The notes beneath the pieces are model-generated. The model was not told where the DNA came from and did not search any database. It saw nothing but the letters and a program-made list of their open reading frames with translations. Below, piece after piece: positions 11,771 through 25,761 of a stretch of 64,000 nucleotides of DNA (within the stretch, counting starts at the first letter, position 1; every line of letters begins with the position of its first letter). The translations under genes and the position numbers were made by a program. The stretch is from the NCBI GenBank assembly GCA_951406725.2, contig OX597827.1:27652001-27716000 (forward strand), read 5' to 3'. The DNA is from Octopus vulgaris. Its lineage: Eukaryota.

Positions 11771-13077
11771 ACGTAGGAGGGCTGCTGCGCGGAAACTGTA
11801 AAAGGAAAATCTCATTTCTGAGAGACCTTGTGACATGCAATCAAGCTATATGCATGGCACTCACAGAAACGCATCTTGAACCCGATATAGGTGATGCAGA
11901 AATACACATTCCGCAATATGCAGTCATACGCACAGATAAAAAAGGGAGGAGCCATGGTGGAATTGCAATGTACATCCGAGATGACAACACGCCCCAGGTC
12001 CCGTTGTCATATTCAAACTCAGTCTGTGAAACTCAAATTGTACACATAAGACAACTGAATATCGTCATATGCACTACATATCGCCCACCAGATGCCCCAA
12101 ATCACTCAGGCATGTTTGAAGACTGCCTAACAAAAATAGGAGAAGTCCTCACCAACCTTGAACAACACAACAGTGTATTCTTCATGGTTGACTTTAACTT
12201 CCCCAATGTGGAATGGCCTGGGGAGCAGATGCTCTCAGGGATGACACACCATCAGCAGGCACAGGCAGAGTCCCTGCTCCATCTCACAAATGCCTCTTTC
12301 ATGGAGCAAATAGTTCTGCAACCAACAAGGGCAGATACTATATTGGATCTCTGCTTCACAAACAATATGGATATTATCCATAATGTTAATGTGATGCCGA
12401 CAATGATCTCGGATCACAACATAATAGAGCTATCTATGTATGGAACAAAAGCCCTCATAGACACACAGCCTATACGAAGCATCCACCATCTCTCCAACTT
12501 AAACTTTCATAAAGCAAACTGGAAGTTGATTGAGAAAGAGATCCTCAAACAGGATTGGCCTAAATGTCTCTCCACACCGGACATTAACATGAAACACAAA
12601 CACTTCATGTCCATAATACAAGCCATATGTGACAAATATGTCCCAGTGTGCAGGGCCAGCACACACAAAAACAAAAACAGGATCCCTAGAGAAAGGAAGA
12701 TTCTTATGAGACGACGGACAAGGATTGCGAACCGCCTGAGCAAGCATACCAAAAGTGGTGAGAAGTCTCGGCTCGAGAGAATGCTAATGGAAATTGAGAA
12801 AAGTCTGCATCAGTCCCATGAAAAGGAGAGAGAGCAGATAAAGAAGCTTGGGTAATAGAAAATATAAAATCAAACCCTAAAGCTTTCTTTAAGTTTGCCA
12901 AAGAGACAGCCACAGTGCACCAGAGAATAAGACTTCTCTTCCAAAAAGATGGCTCTCTCACAGGAAATCCCACGAGGATAAGTGAAATACTGAACGAACA
13001 ATTCCAAAGTGTGTTCACTACACCTCTAGGACACAGGCAAGTAAACAACCCAGAAGAATTCTTTGCCACTTTACCTA
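11623..13077 (+). pseudogene. CR1-group LINE ORF2: apurinic-like endonuclease + linker; RT missing
   Basis: LLNVGGL, ALTETHL, GRSHGGIAMY, TYRPP, VDFNFP, ILDLCFTN, ISDHNII; after a frameshift near 12840 it continues NIKSNPKAFFKFAK..EILNEQFQSVFT; ends at a TA/GATA tract. Confidence 0.92.
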
Positions 13078-13585
13078 TATATATATTTAGATAGATAGAT
13101 AGATAGATAGATATACGCATATGTATAAGTATATATATATATACATATATATACAAGCAATGAAAAGAAGACAAATTCTTTAACACGTCTTTGATAAGTT
13201 ACAAATGTTTGCGTGTCATCACCATTTGCAACGCGCGTGCGCGCTCACACATATAATATCGTCTTTATAGCGTGCTTTAGAAAGCCTCTACACGGGTACC
13301 GGCTACCATATGTCATCATGCAGTAGGAAATCTTTTACTAAATATACATGTGGAAACCTGTTAGTATCAGCTGGTGATTGGCGAGTGTGTCACATATTAT
13401 ACACATTATAATACATCCTGCTGGTACACAGCGAACAATAGCTGGTCTTCAGGAAAGTGTATTCGAGAACACACACACACACAAATACGCATACATATAT
13501 ATACAGACACATACACATACATATACACAAACATACCTAAACATACATACACACATACATATACACATCCATACCTATACACATG

Positions 13586-13629
<44 letters not shown>

Positions 13630-13667
13630 CACATACATATACACATATATACCTATGTTTAGACCCC

Positions 13668-13982
13668 CTTCGATCTATCCCATGACTGACCATGGGATTG
13701 CACCTAGAGAGTTACTCTCCCAGGCACAAGTCCGGGTAGGGTTGTTTATGGAAGACCAGCAGTCACCCATGCATACCAGCCTTCCCTCTCCACGCCACCG
13801 ATGTTAAACAAGGAAAAGGCAAAGGCCGATACAGCTTGGCACCTGTGACGTCGCAACTGAGTGGCCTGGAGCAACGTGAAATAAAGTGTCCTGCTCATGA
13901 ACACAACAAGCAGCCCGGTCCGGGATTCGAACTCACAACCTTACGATCGTAATGTCGACGCTCTAGCCACTGAGCCATGCGT
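13668..13982 (-). mobile_element. SINE family C head/CORE with an alternative 3' tail
   Basis: Reverse tRNA head (gggattcgaactc..ccactgagccatgc) and gagcaacgtgaaataaagtgtc; tail differs from 5002-5328. Confidence 0.8.
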
Positions 13983-15593
13983 ATTCCATACATATTCACA
14001 TACATACATGCATATATATATATATTTACACACACACACACACACACACATACATATACATAAATATACATATAGAGATATACAGATACTTACACACACA
14101 TATATGCATTTATGAATATAAATAAATAAATATGAATATATATATACACATATACAAATACATATACATACACATACATATATGCATGTGTGTGTGCGTG
14201 AGGGTGCGTGTACGTGTGCGTGTGTGTGTGTGTGTGTGTGTGCGTGTGTTTGTACGGCTTTTTGTTCTATTTGTTTTTACTCTGACATAGAAGCTGTGAC
14301 AGAAACCTGTCCCATACACCAGGTCTTTGAAGAGGCGCTAACGAAATAAGGCAGATGCTAATAGCGTGTGCGCATTGTTACTGTTTTATCGTTATTTTCT
14401 AATTTTCATATTTCTTTGGGACGAGTGGGGCGGTACTAACGGAGCGTTTGATGTCAAAGCTTTCATCAAGAATTGTGAATCTGAGATATTTTTTCGGTCG
14501 TACCCTGTAGTATATCCAAGACTACAAAGAGTTCAAAGGTGGTGAAATTTTCTTTTTCACCATCTTTTTTTAGTTTTTCGTTTCTCTTTTCCAATCGTGA
14601 AGACTATATTTCGCTGTATTGAACAGTGATAGATTGATTAATGATTTTTATTCTGGTCATCTTTTTTCTTTATTATTTATCGAGAAAGAAAAATGACAAA
14701 ACGTCAAACTTTTCTAAAGTCTATAAGAAAGATTTACGACAACACCATCCACAGAATGGTACAATGAAATTTCTTTGGATCGTCGGGGGAAATTTCTCTT
14801 CCGATGACACAGTTGATTCCAAAATATATTTCTTTGAGAATTAATGATGCCTTAGAATTTGGTGGTTTTTGTTGTATATTTAGCTCAGCTTTGGAAGACC
14901 GATGATCAAAGACTTTACATTTTTGACCATTCCATGGATGATTTCTTTTTCAGACATAAAAGATGCAATGTATCTTTCCTTTTTTTACGAATATATCACG
15001 TGACCTGAGGAATATTGGGCATAGTTTCTCAGGTTGTTGTTGTTGCTATCATGGTTGTTGTCATCGTTGGTGTGGTTGTGTTAATTGTTGTTGTTGTGGG
15101 TGTTGTTGTTGTGTGTGTGTGTCCGTATGTATATGTGTGTTTGTGTTTTTTCCCCGCCAACGCTTGATAACCGGTGTTGGTTTGTTCACGTCCCCCATAA
15201 CTTGGTGGTTTCACAGAAAGTGGATGCGCACCAAGCTCAATGAATAAGTACCGGGCTCTTTTTGTTCGACTAAACCTTTCAAGGAGGCCGCGACCGAATG
15301 ACTAAATTAAGTGAAAGATAGAAGATAATAATATACGTGTGTATTTATACGTATGTGGGCGCGAATGTGTGTGTGTGATGTATGTGTATTTGCGTGCGTG
15401 TGTGTGTATGTGCGTGCATGCATGCGTGTGTGTGTATATATGAGTGAGTGCGCACTTTTGTTTGTATATATAAGGCTGTGCAAAACTCATTTTATTCAAT
15501 GCCCAAGCGACTATTTCCAAAGCGTTTGGTCTTCCCATGTCCAAGTGTACACGAACATATTAAATATAATTGTTCAACCATATAATTTGTGCA

Positions 15594-15634
<41 letters not shown>

Positions 15635-15777
15635 TTGTGTGTGAGCGTGCATCCATGCGTGCGTTTACATAAGAGCTAAAGAAAATCCTGGAAGTTTCTT
15701 CTAAATTATATTCGGACGTTATTTTTCAGTAATGGTAACACGTCTGTTGACTCCACTAGATTATGATGTTCATTAAA

Positions 15778-15949
15778 TACTGGGTTGGCGCATAATTATT
15801 GTGGCTTTTTTTTTTCAAGCAAATGGGAAGCAGTAGATGGTGAATATGCTCCGGAATAATCATTTAAAGATGTGTTTATTACATGTCATTGTTTTTGTTG
15901 AATAAAATTTGTTGATAAAAAGCCGCAATAATTATTCACCAACCCAATA
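15778..15949 (+). mobile_element. Tc1/mariner deletion derivative (MITE)
   Basis: TIRs tactgggttggcgcataattattgtggcttttt / aaaaagccgcaataattattcaccaacccaata, TA termini; internal gat ggt gaa tat gct ccg gaa taa resembles a mariner transposase C-terminus. Confidence 0.8.
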
Positions 15950-16217
15950 TATTGATCATAATTACGGGTCTGCGGCTATGTCGGGCTTAGTTTTATGGTA
16001 GTTTTAACTGATGAAATCAACATCCGGTAGTATCTTTATTAATCTTGGAGGTGGACGGGAGTCAAAGAAAACCGGATTCAAAGGGAAGCAGCAGAAATCA
16101 ATCAGAATTGCAGGAAATATTCGGCTCTTGTCCCTACCGTACACACACACACACACTGACACATAAACGCACACCCACCCACACACACACACGCACGCAC
16201 ACACATATATATATGGC

Positions 16218-16594
16218 AGCTTAGGCAAGTGTCTTCTACTATAGCATCGTACCGACCAAAGCCTTGTTAGTGGAATTTGGTAGACGGAAACTGAAAAAAG
16301 CCCGTCCTATATATGTGTGTGTGTATACTGTATATATATATGTGTGTGTATGTGTGTGTGTGTGTGTGTGCGTGTGCGTGTATGTGTGTGTGTGTGTATG
16401 TTTGTGTGTTTGTCCCCCCAACATCGCTTGACAGCCGATGGTGGTGTGTTTATGTCCCCGTAACTTAGCGGTTCGGCAAAAGAGACCGATAGAATAAGTA
16501 CTAGACTTACAAAGAATGAGTCCTGGGGTCCATTTGCTCGACTAAAGGCGGTGCTCCAGCATGGCCACAGCCAAATGACTGAAAAGAGTAAAAG
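16218..16594 (+). mobile_element. SINE family A (5'-truncated)
   Basis: Body and tail match the other copies; followed by (GATA)n. Confidence 0.88.
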
Positions 16595-16669
<75 letters not shown>

Positions 16670-16906
16670 GAGTGAGGTAGATAGACAGATATAAATACAC
16701 GTAAATTCCACTCTCTAGATATTGCTAAACCCGTAGCCGTAGTATTTATCCGCTTATGCAAACTGCAGCGCAATGGGATCGAACTTGCTGTGACGAGCTT
16801 AGAAGTGAACTACTTAACTATGTGTATTATTTTGTACTGTAAATCATTGGTGTGACACTACACTGCATTGAACACTATAGACGACCGCTGCTGCTGTTGC
16901 TGCCGC

Positions 16907-16938
<32 letters not shown>

Positions 16939-17051
16939 TTGCTTGTGTATTGGATGAAGACAGACTTGGCAAACCACAGTTTTATCGAATTCTGACAACT
17001 GTTCATTTCCCATCCAACAGCTAGCTGTCGGGCATATTGGATTTGGAAGGA

Positions 17052-17109
<58 letters not shown>

Positions 17110-17804
17110 ACTCTCTCTATCTGCTTCTGAGCCATTGTTGTAATGGTCGTCGTCGTTGTAGTTGTGGTTGTTTTTCTTTTGTTGTTTCTTTGTTATTGCC
17201 TCTTCTCATCATCATAGCTATCATCGTTATCATAGTCATCGTCATCATTGTTGTCAGTTTCATTCATCATCATCATCATCATCACCGCCGCCGCCACCAT
17301 CTCTGCTACCCACCGCCATCATTACCATCCAATTCCTCCTTCTCTTGCTCCTGCTCATACGCCTTTTCCTCCTCACTACCACCACCACCACCTCCACCAC
17401 CATTACCACCACCATCACCACCACCATCACCGCCACCATCACCAACATCATCATAATCATTATTATCATCGTCACCATCAACCCCAGCACCAGCACCACC
17501 ACCACTACCATCTGCAGCAATAGCAGCAGCACCTCTAACAGCAGGAGCAGCCTCGTCGCACCTTGTCTTGTTCAGGAGGTCGATCGCATCGACCTATACC
17601 CTTCTCTTAGTAGAATTAACCAATGCCAATCAGAAGAACCCACCTCTACCCTATTCGCCTCTCTTCACCCCCAACTCATTCCCATAATCCTCTTCCTTCT
17701 CCCACCCTTTCTCATTTTAGTCGTCTTCGTCTTTCAATATTTCTTTCCCAAATAATTTCTTTACATTTTTGTCGTCGTTAATTGCGTTTCTTACCAATCT
17801 CATT

Positions 17805-17995
17805 AAGGCGGCGATTCCGGCAGAAATCGTTAAGACGCCGGACGAAACGTTTGGCGGCATTTCTTCCGGTTTTACTTTCTACGTTCAAATTCCGCCGAGG
17901 TCAACTTCGCCTTTCATACTTTCGCAGTCCATAAAGTAAATACCACTGGGAAGTCGATGAAATCTAGTAGCCTCCTCCCACAAAAATTTCGGCTT
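17805..17995 (+). mobile_element. tRNA-derived SINE family B (Meta/MESC-like middle)
   Basis: aaggcggcga..ggcagaa head, gttcaaattccgccgaggtcaacttcgcctttcat segment. Confidence 0.8.
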
Positions 17996-18045
17996 TGTGT
18001 CAAAACTTGAAACCATTATTATTATCATAATTATTGTTATTATTA

Positions 18046-18119
<74 letters not shown>

Positions 18120-18120
<1 letters not shown>

Positions 18121-20622
18121 TGTTTGACTTTTGCTTTATGTCTGTACAAGTTGGCTCCAAGTCTCACCCAGAGACCTCAAGAGACAACAGGTTGGAAGTT
18201 CACGTTGTTGTTATGCCTAGTGTGCCATATATTTGGGGTTTTTTGATGTTGTACTAGTGAATGTCTAATATATAAATTTAAAAAAAAAGTTTGTTTTAAA
18301 CCTTGGGATTACATAGAGTATTTTGCGTAGGATATGAGCAGTTCCCATGAGCACTATCTTTTGAATTTCTGCCATTTTGGGGTTTCCTGGTATCTGAGTT
18401 AGGTAGCAATCAGCCCCTTTCGCTATCATACCCAGGGAACCTATGACAACAGGTATTGTTTTAGTCTTCAGCATCCACATTTTGCTGATTTCTATTTCAA
18501 GATCTTTATATTTGCTCAGTTTTTGGTAGGTCTTGACAGATATGTTTATATCGATTGGGACAGTCATATCAATGAGGAGGCATGTTCTTTGTCTGAAGTC
18601 TTTGTCTGAAGTCTTTCAATATGATGTCTGGCCTATTTGCATCTATCTTTCTGTCAGTTTGAATGGTGAAGTTCCAGAGGAGTGAGATGTGCTCATTTTC
18701 AAGCACTGGAGGTGGATTGTGTTCCCACCAGTTTTTTTCATGGGGCAAATCCAGGTTTTTGCAAATTACCCAGTGAATATATTGTGCAGCTCTATCATGC
18801 CTGTTGAGGTACTCTATAGGCGCTAGAAGACTGCATTTGGAGACAACATGATCAATGGTTTCATTTTGTTGTCGGCATACACGACATGTTGGGCTACTGC
18901 CGTTCTTTAAAACGATGGCCTTGTAGTTTCTTGTTGGTAGGCATTGATCTTGAGCTGCTATGATAAACCCCTCTGTTTCAGATTTTAAGCCAGAGGCCAT
19001 TAGCATTTGATGGGTCAGGGCTTTGTAAATATCTGCATTATTCACTCTCTTTTGGGTATTTGCCATACAGAGGTTTTTCTTGCCATTTATTATTCAGAAT
19101 ATCTAAGGCCGCAGTTTTGGCACGGGTTTTCATGCGCCTAGCTTTTTCTGTGCTTGTTTCTTGTATGTCTATCTCTAATTCCGAAATTTGTTGTATTCGG
19201 AATTCACTTAGATATTTCTTTGCCTGTTTTGTTACTGAGTATGATGCTTTCTTGTTTTCATGTTTTGAGACAAGTTTTAACATCCAGTCCTCAGACTTTT
19301 TCAGGTAGGTGTCTAGGCCAATTGTAGCAATCTTCATTGTTATTGCCAGTTGCAAAAGACCACGGCCTCCCTCTTTTCTTGGCAGATAAAGTTTACTTAT
19401 TTTTCTGTCGAGCTGACATATTTCAGTAATTGACCAGTTATCGATATTGAAACTGTAAGTCACGACTGGTATGGCTAATGCATTGATCGCTTCGATCCTG
19501 TTTCTTGCATTCAGCTCTGTCTTGAGTATTGCTCTCACTCTTCGATAACATTCTCTCCTGATCCTTTGCTTCATCTCTGAATGCCTTATTCCGTTCCCTT
19601 CAATTACCCCTAGGTACTTGTAGCTCTCCGCTGGGTCTAGTTCTTTTATGACATTCTGCTGGTCAAGGTTAACGTTAGATGTTTCTGTCATTTTTTCTTT
19701 GATAAAGGTAGCTTTTGCACATTTATCGAGGCCGAATTGCATTCTGATGTCGTCACTGAATTGTTTGACTATCGCTAGTAAGCCCTTGAGTTGTTGGTCA
19801 TTTTTTGCAAAGAGCTTTAAATCATCCATGTAAATGAGATGATTTATATTTTTATCAAAATTTTTATACCCGTACTGCGCGTCATTGAACAGTTTTGAGA
19901 GAGGTATTAAGGCTAAACAAAAGAGGAGTGGTGACAGTGAGTCACCCTGGAAAATGCCACACGAAATTTTTACATCACCAGCATTTAGGGATTCATTGTC
20001 ACTGTTCAGAGTTAGTGTGGTTCTCCATGATCTCATACTTACAGTTAAAATGTTTCGCAAAGTAGGTGCTATCTTATACATTTCCAGGCATTTCCTAATC
20101 CAGCTATGTGGTAAGCTATCAAAAGCCTTTTTATAGTCTATCCAAGCTATTGATAAGTTTTTGTGTCGTTTGTGACAATCTTCTAAGATCATCTTATTGA
20201 TGAGTAGTTGATCTTTACAGCCGTAGGATCCACGTTTACATCCTTTCTGGTGTCTGTTAAAAAACTATAAGTATATTCCGTCAGGACAGATGTTAGCGTT
20301 TTGTACATAGTTGTTAAGCAGGTTATGGGTCTATAGTTTTTTTGCTTCATTTGTTTCAACACGCTTTTCATACCTCGCTATGCGAGCAGCTTTGGCAGAT
20401 ACCTTTTGTTTGATGGTTTCTATGGTGGCATCAATATCATGTTTAGTTTTCATATTGTAATTTTTCAGCAATTTTGGGGTTTTTGTAGGTTTGGTATTCT
20501 TGTGAGACTTGAGGTTTTTCAAATATTCAATGTCAGATCTAAATAGTTTAATTTGTTGTTGCAGACGCTCTTGCCAAGAAGGCTTTTTGTGGGAATGTTG
20601 CCGTTTTCTAATCTTTACACCA
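18120..20622 (-). mobile_element. R4/Dong-clade non-LTR retrotransposon (RT + CCHC + restriction-like endonuclease), 5'-truncated, internally deleted and frameshifted
   Basis: [105 protein letters not shown]; (ATT)n on both sides (18016-18119, 20622-20746). Confidence 0.95.
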
Positions 20623-20643
20623 TTATTATTATTATCATCATCA

Positions 20644-20713
<70 letters not shown>

Positions 20714-21044
20714 CATTATTATTATCATTATTATTATTATTATTATTTCTTTCTTTCTTTGATGTCGTCAACTCTAAGAATTCCAGTAAATCTAAACATC
20801 TGCTCCCGATACGCGGAGATGGATCAAAAAGTGGATTAGACTTTATCTGTATTTTGCTTTTACATTTTGGTGACCTGTTATCGAAAGAATATTCAACGAG
20901 GGGAAAACAATAGCTTCCTCTAAAAGAAAGCAAAAGAGAATTGACTCGTGTGTCTTAGTACCTTTTGCTTACAGGGAGATTTTTCTCCATGGTACACCGT
21001 AGCGTAATTGCTACTTTACTGGTCTATCTATCTATCTATCTATA

Positions 21045-21103
<59 letters not shown>

Positions 21104-21282
21104 TTATCTATCTGTCTATCAATTTGTCTGTCTGTCTGTCTACCTTTCTGTACGTATGAATTACACTTATCTTATATTTATATGTTCACTTTCTGTATTA
21201 CATAGTTGTTTATCTCTTGTTTGTTAATTTTTGTCATGTTTGGTCCCTTGTTTGTTGGCTCGCTATTTCCCTGGGGTTTCTG

Positions 21283-21440
21283 GCCTCCGTCACCACCAGC
21301 ATTGAAGGCGCGAAATTGCACCCACTGCACTCTCGGAGTGGTCGGTGTTAGGAAGGGCGTCCAACAGTAGAAACCTGGCTTGCCAGTCATCATTCAAACC
21401 GTCCAATCCATGCCAGCATGGACAGTGGATATTAAACGAC
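21283..21440 (+). mobile_element. SINE/RTE-type 3' fragment with (GAT)n tail
   Basis: gttaggaagggcgtccaacagtagaaac..catgccagcatgga..ttaaacgacga; homologous to 59856-60128. Confidence 0.75.
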
Positions 21441-21449
21441 GACGACGAC

Positions 21450-21490
<41 letters not shown>

Positions 21491-21509
21491 CGACGACGAC
21501 GACGACGAC

Positions 21510-21558
<49 letters not shown>

Positions 21559-21639
21559 GTGATGATGACGATGATGATGACGATGATGACGATGATGATG
21601 ACAATGATGATAATGATGATGATGATGATGATGATGATG

Positions 21640-21683
<44 letters not shown>

Positions 21684-21705
21684 GATGATGATGATGATGA
21701 TGAAG
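21436..21705. repeat. (GAT/GAC)n microsatellite
   Basis: About 270 bp trinucleotide array continuing from the retroposon tail. Confidence 0.97.
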
Positions 21706-22474
21706 ATAACTGTTCACAGATATGGATTAAAGTTCTTTTAGGTTCCATGCTGTGCGTGCTCTGTGAGAACTGAAGCGGTATTATCAAGAACTTTCCATTT
21801 GACCCCTAGACACACTCCAGCCGGGAGAAGCCTTTGGGCTCCAGACCTTAAAACCCATCTTCTAATCCGGCTCGGATCCATCCATTAATTAAAGGTTTGT
21901 CACTCAACTGACCGGGGCCGCACAGACAAAACATTATACTTTTGTTCCAAATTGCAGGTGACATAAAAGAAATGATACTTACTTCGCGTGTAATCATTAC
22001 AAGTTAGAACATCGAACTTATCTTTCACTGTTAAGACACCCTCTGCAGTTGGAATCAATAATTCTAATAAAATCAGATAAAGATCGATTATTAAGAAATT
22101 TATCTTTTAAATATGGTTTTCTTCTTTCTTCACATACCTGCTCCCCATTTTCTGAGCGTCGTTTTGTTTTTGTATTTTAGCGCTAAATTTCATTTGTCTG
22201 TGTTTATTTAACTATTTTTGATATTTGAATATTTAATATTTGATAATGTACTTATAGAGTACATTCCTTTTACGGAATAGAAATAATATATATATATATA
22301 TGCGTGCCAAAATAATCAATAAAACACGTAACGTTTGATTTTAAATGACGGTGAGCGAGCAGAAGTATTAGGGAATGGCCGAATATGATTTGCTATACGT
22401 ACATACGTACATACATACATGCATACACACGTGCGTACATACATAGTATATATACACATATATATGTATATCTA

Positions 22475-22587
<113 letters not shown>

Positions 22588-22618
22588 GCACATGTACATA
22601 TATGTATAAATATGTATG

Positions 22619-22654
<36 letters not shown>

Positions 22655-22779
22655 CATACATAGGGACTGAACAATAGAACTGAACCCAAGACAACATGGT
22701 TGAGAAGCAAACTTCTTAACCACACAGCTACACCTGTGACAATCTAATTTTATAATATTTATTTCTTCATTGCCTACGT

Positions 22780-22985
22780 GGGGAGGGGGTTAAATAGAGG
22801 GGACAAACAAGGACAGACAAAGGGATTAAGTCGATTAGATCAACCCCAGTACGTAACTGGTACTCCGAAAGAATGAAAGGCAAAGTCGACCTCGGCGGAA
22901 TTTGAACTCAGAACGTAACGACATAGGAAATACCCCTAAGCATTTCGCCCGGCGTGCTAATGATTCTGCCAGCTCGCTGCCTTTC
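22780..22985 (-). mobile_element. SINE family B
   Basis: gaaaggcaaagtcgacctcggcggaatttgaactcagaac..ctgccagctcgctgcctt. Confidence 0.87.
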
Positions 22986-23077
22986 TAATATGATAATATT
23001 AAAAAGAAATCTGCCGCCAGCGTGTGTATGTCTGTATGTGTGTGTGTGTGTGTGTGTATGTGTTCGTGTGCGTGTGT

Positions 23078-23227
23078 GTGTGCGGTATGAAGCTTGTTTC
23101 ATAACCACATAGTTTCGGGTTCAGTCCTGCAGCGTGGCACATTGGGCAAGTGTCTTCCAGTATAGCCTCGGGCCGACCAAAGCCGTGTGAGTGGGTTTGG
23201 TAGACGGAAACTGAAAGAAGCCCGTCG

Positions 23228-23228
<1 letters not shown>
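23078..23228 (+). mobile_element. SINE family A, 5' half
   Basis: Head through gaaagaagcccgtcg, then a microsatellite. Confidence 0.85.
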
Positions 23229-23283
<55 letters not shown>

Positions 23284-24493
23284 TTTGTGGTTTATTACTT
23301 GGAGTAAGCCTCAATAAACTCCCAGCAGTTTAGCAATCAGCACTTATTGCTTATCTTGTAAAATATATTAAAGCTTGTGGTAGAGAAGGAAGAAAATTCG
23401 ATCGTTTTTTTCTTTCTTGTTTCTTGTTTTCTTTTTCTTTTTCTGATAAAGTAGTGACAGGTCTTCTGTGACAGGCGGCTTATAATTCTATTGATTAAGA
23501 ATAGTGAAACCAAGCAAGATGAAATCCGTCCGCCCATCTACCTGTCAAAATATTCACTCACCTAAATCTAATGCCTTGATACTGTGCAAAATGATTATTT
23601 TGAGAGCATTTATATGACAGAATAAGTATTGATTAATAAACCCAGAGTTCCTCATTTTCGTAATTTTCTATTTTCCCTTTTTATTTTTTATTTTTTGTTA
23701 TTTTAGCTTATCTTTATATTTACTTCGCATTCAATGCTGCTCTTGCGAAATATTCCTTAAGTAAATAAACATCCTTATCACGAAATATTGAAGACTAGGA
23801 AAAAAGAAGAAAAAAGGAAAACGAGGAAGAGATACAACCGATTCTCACAAACAATTTACGTATCTACAACGAAAGACTCCCATTTGATTTTGTTTTAATG
23901 CATTTACTTGTTCAACACATACATATACACACATATATACATACACTTCTCACAATAAGACAGTGTCCATATTGGGGCAGCTTTTTCTTGCGTTTTGTCA
24001 ATCATATCAACCTTCTCAGAATTTGTTCCAATTTGCTATTATTGTTAACAATATCTATGCATCAAGCTGCTAGGTTATGGACTCAAACATGCTCGACGAA
24101 AATAACAGCGACTTTTTAGATTAGTGTAAACATAAACTTCGATTTTGTATTTGATTTGGCAGCTTTTCCTATGTGAAATCGTGTGGAGTAAACCTGGAGA
24201 GAATGTCATTGATGAGATGGCGATTGACGAAGAAATGATTCTGACTGTCGTAGCTGGTTGATTTATTGACGGAACAATTAATTAACGATCGGTTAGACAA
24301 TTGGGTAAATGGTTAAGCTAGCTGAAAATTGATAGAACCAATGCGAGTTTATCATTGGCGTATTGACCCTCCCAAGATATAACACAAACTGTTGTGCAAG
24401 ATAAGTATTATGGTCACCACAGGAAACAGCTGTGATCGTAGGCATTGTCACCTTCACCACCACCAACAACGACAACATCAATAACAACAGCAT

Positions 24494-24605
24494 GGAGGCG
24501 CAATGGCCCAGTGGTTAGGGCGGCGGACTCGCGGTCGTAAGAACGCGGTTTCGATTTCCAGACGGGCATTGTGAGTGTTTATTGAGCAAAACACCTAAGC
24601 TCCAC
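24494..24605 (+). mobile_element. SINE family C-type tRNA head
   Basis: ggaggcgcaatggcccagtggttagggcggcggactcgcggtcg..ggtttcgatt; matches the 48247 head. Confidence 0.75.
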
Positions 24606-25761
24606 GAGGATCCTTCTTCCTACTTCTGGCACAAAGCAGAGGAACCATGATGTAACCCACTATGGTGTGATAAACTTTCAGACCCTAGTCTAGATTGCGA
24701 ATCATCTGTACCCCAGGATGGTTCAGCTTTCCACCCGTTAAAAGCCAGCGTTTACGGAATGAGGATAACAACGTAGCTTTCGTGCCCGTGCAACCACCAG
24801 TCTATCGTGTGTGGTGGGTGGATCTTCAAGTTACCACACGCATTCTTAGTGGCTTAGAGTAGGCTGGAATTAGAGATTATTCTTTGTGACTAATGGCGTG
24901 AGTCCTGACTGGAAGAAGACAACAGCTGCAACAAAATCAATGATGACGACGACAACAGCAACAACGATAATAGTAACACTGTAACAACAGCAATAACAAA
25001 TACCACCATCACCATCAACAACAACAACAACATTAACAATAGCAAAAATGACTGCAGTCTATTTCTTGACCCAGTAAATGAGATTCTATCTGCTCGATTA
25101 AACCTGCGAGAAATAGCAACCAAAGTTCCCCCCAAATCAAACTCTCTATATAAACCATTAAAAAAAACAAAAAGTGGGATGGACGCATCGTATAATGGTA
25201 GTGATGGATATACAAAACGTTGGGATGGTCATGGCTAGAACGCGTTTGATCAGAGGTCAGACTTGAAGCTACAGAAACATTATCAACAACAACAAAACAA
25301 CAACAACAACTATTTCTATATCTTCATCCTCGAACCCAACGCATACCTACACCGATGACTCACCCCTTTCGTGTGTCCGTAATGCAATTCTATAGGGAAC
25401 CATTAAAACATCGTTTCCCATAGAATTCCTTCGAGGATACACTTCGTATCTAAGATTAGCGAGATTTTGTTCCCGTTTGTCCCTCATTTATTTATTTATT
25501 TATTTATTCATTCATTCATTTATTTTTGCACTCTATCACTCATAGGAGAAAATATCTGTTGCGATGGCATCACTGATTTCAGATTAGTTCTGAGAGGCGT
25601 TAACATTGAGATAATGGTGTCTTAGTGCATTGTGGCTGTTGGAGTTGTTCTACGGTTTTAATTGAGAACCTCAGCCCACACCCCCACGATAAAAAGATGT
25701 TCAATCCTTGACTATTCTGCCCTGGTCTTTTTTTTTTCTTTTTCCTCCTTTAAGACATATA

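Noticed and set aside
17037-17755. His/Pro/Thr-rich ORFs resembling a transcription-factor low-complexity exon
   Set aside because: Mixed (CAT)/(CAC) repeats open in all frames; no splice-bounded complex coding part.
20331-20933. 200-aa ORF with poly-N as a host gene
   Set aside because: Chance read-through from flank across (AAT)n into the truncated Dong ORF.
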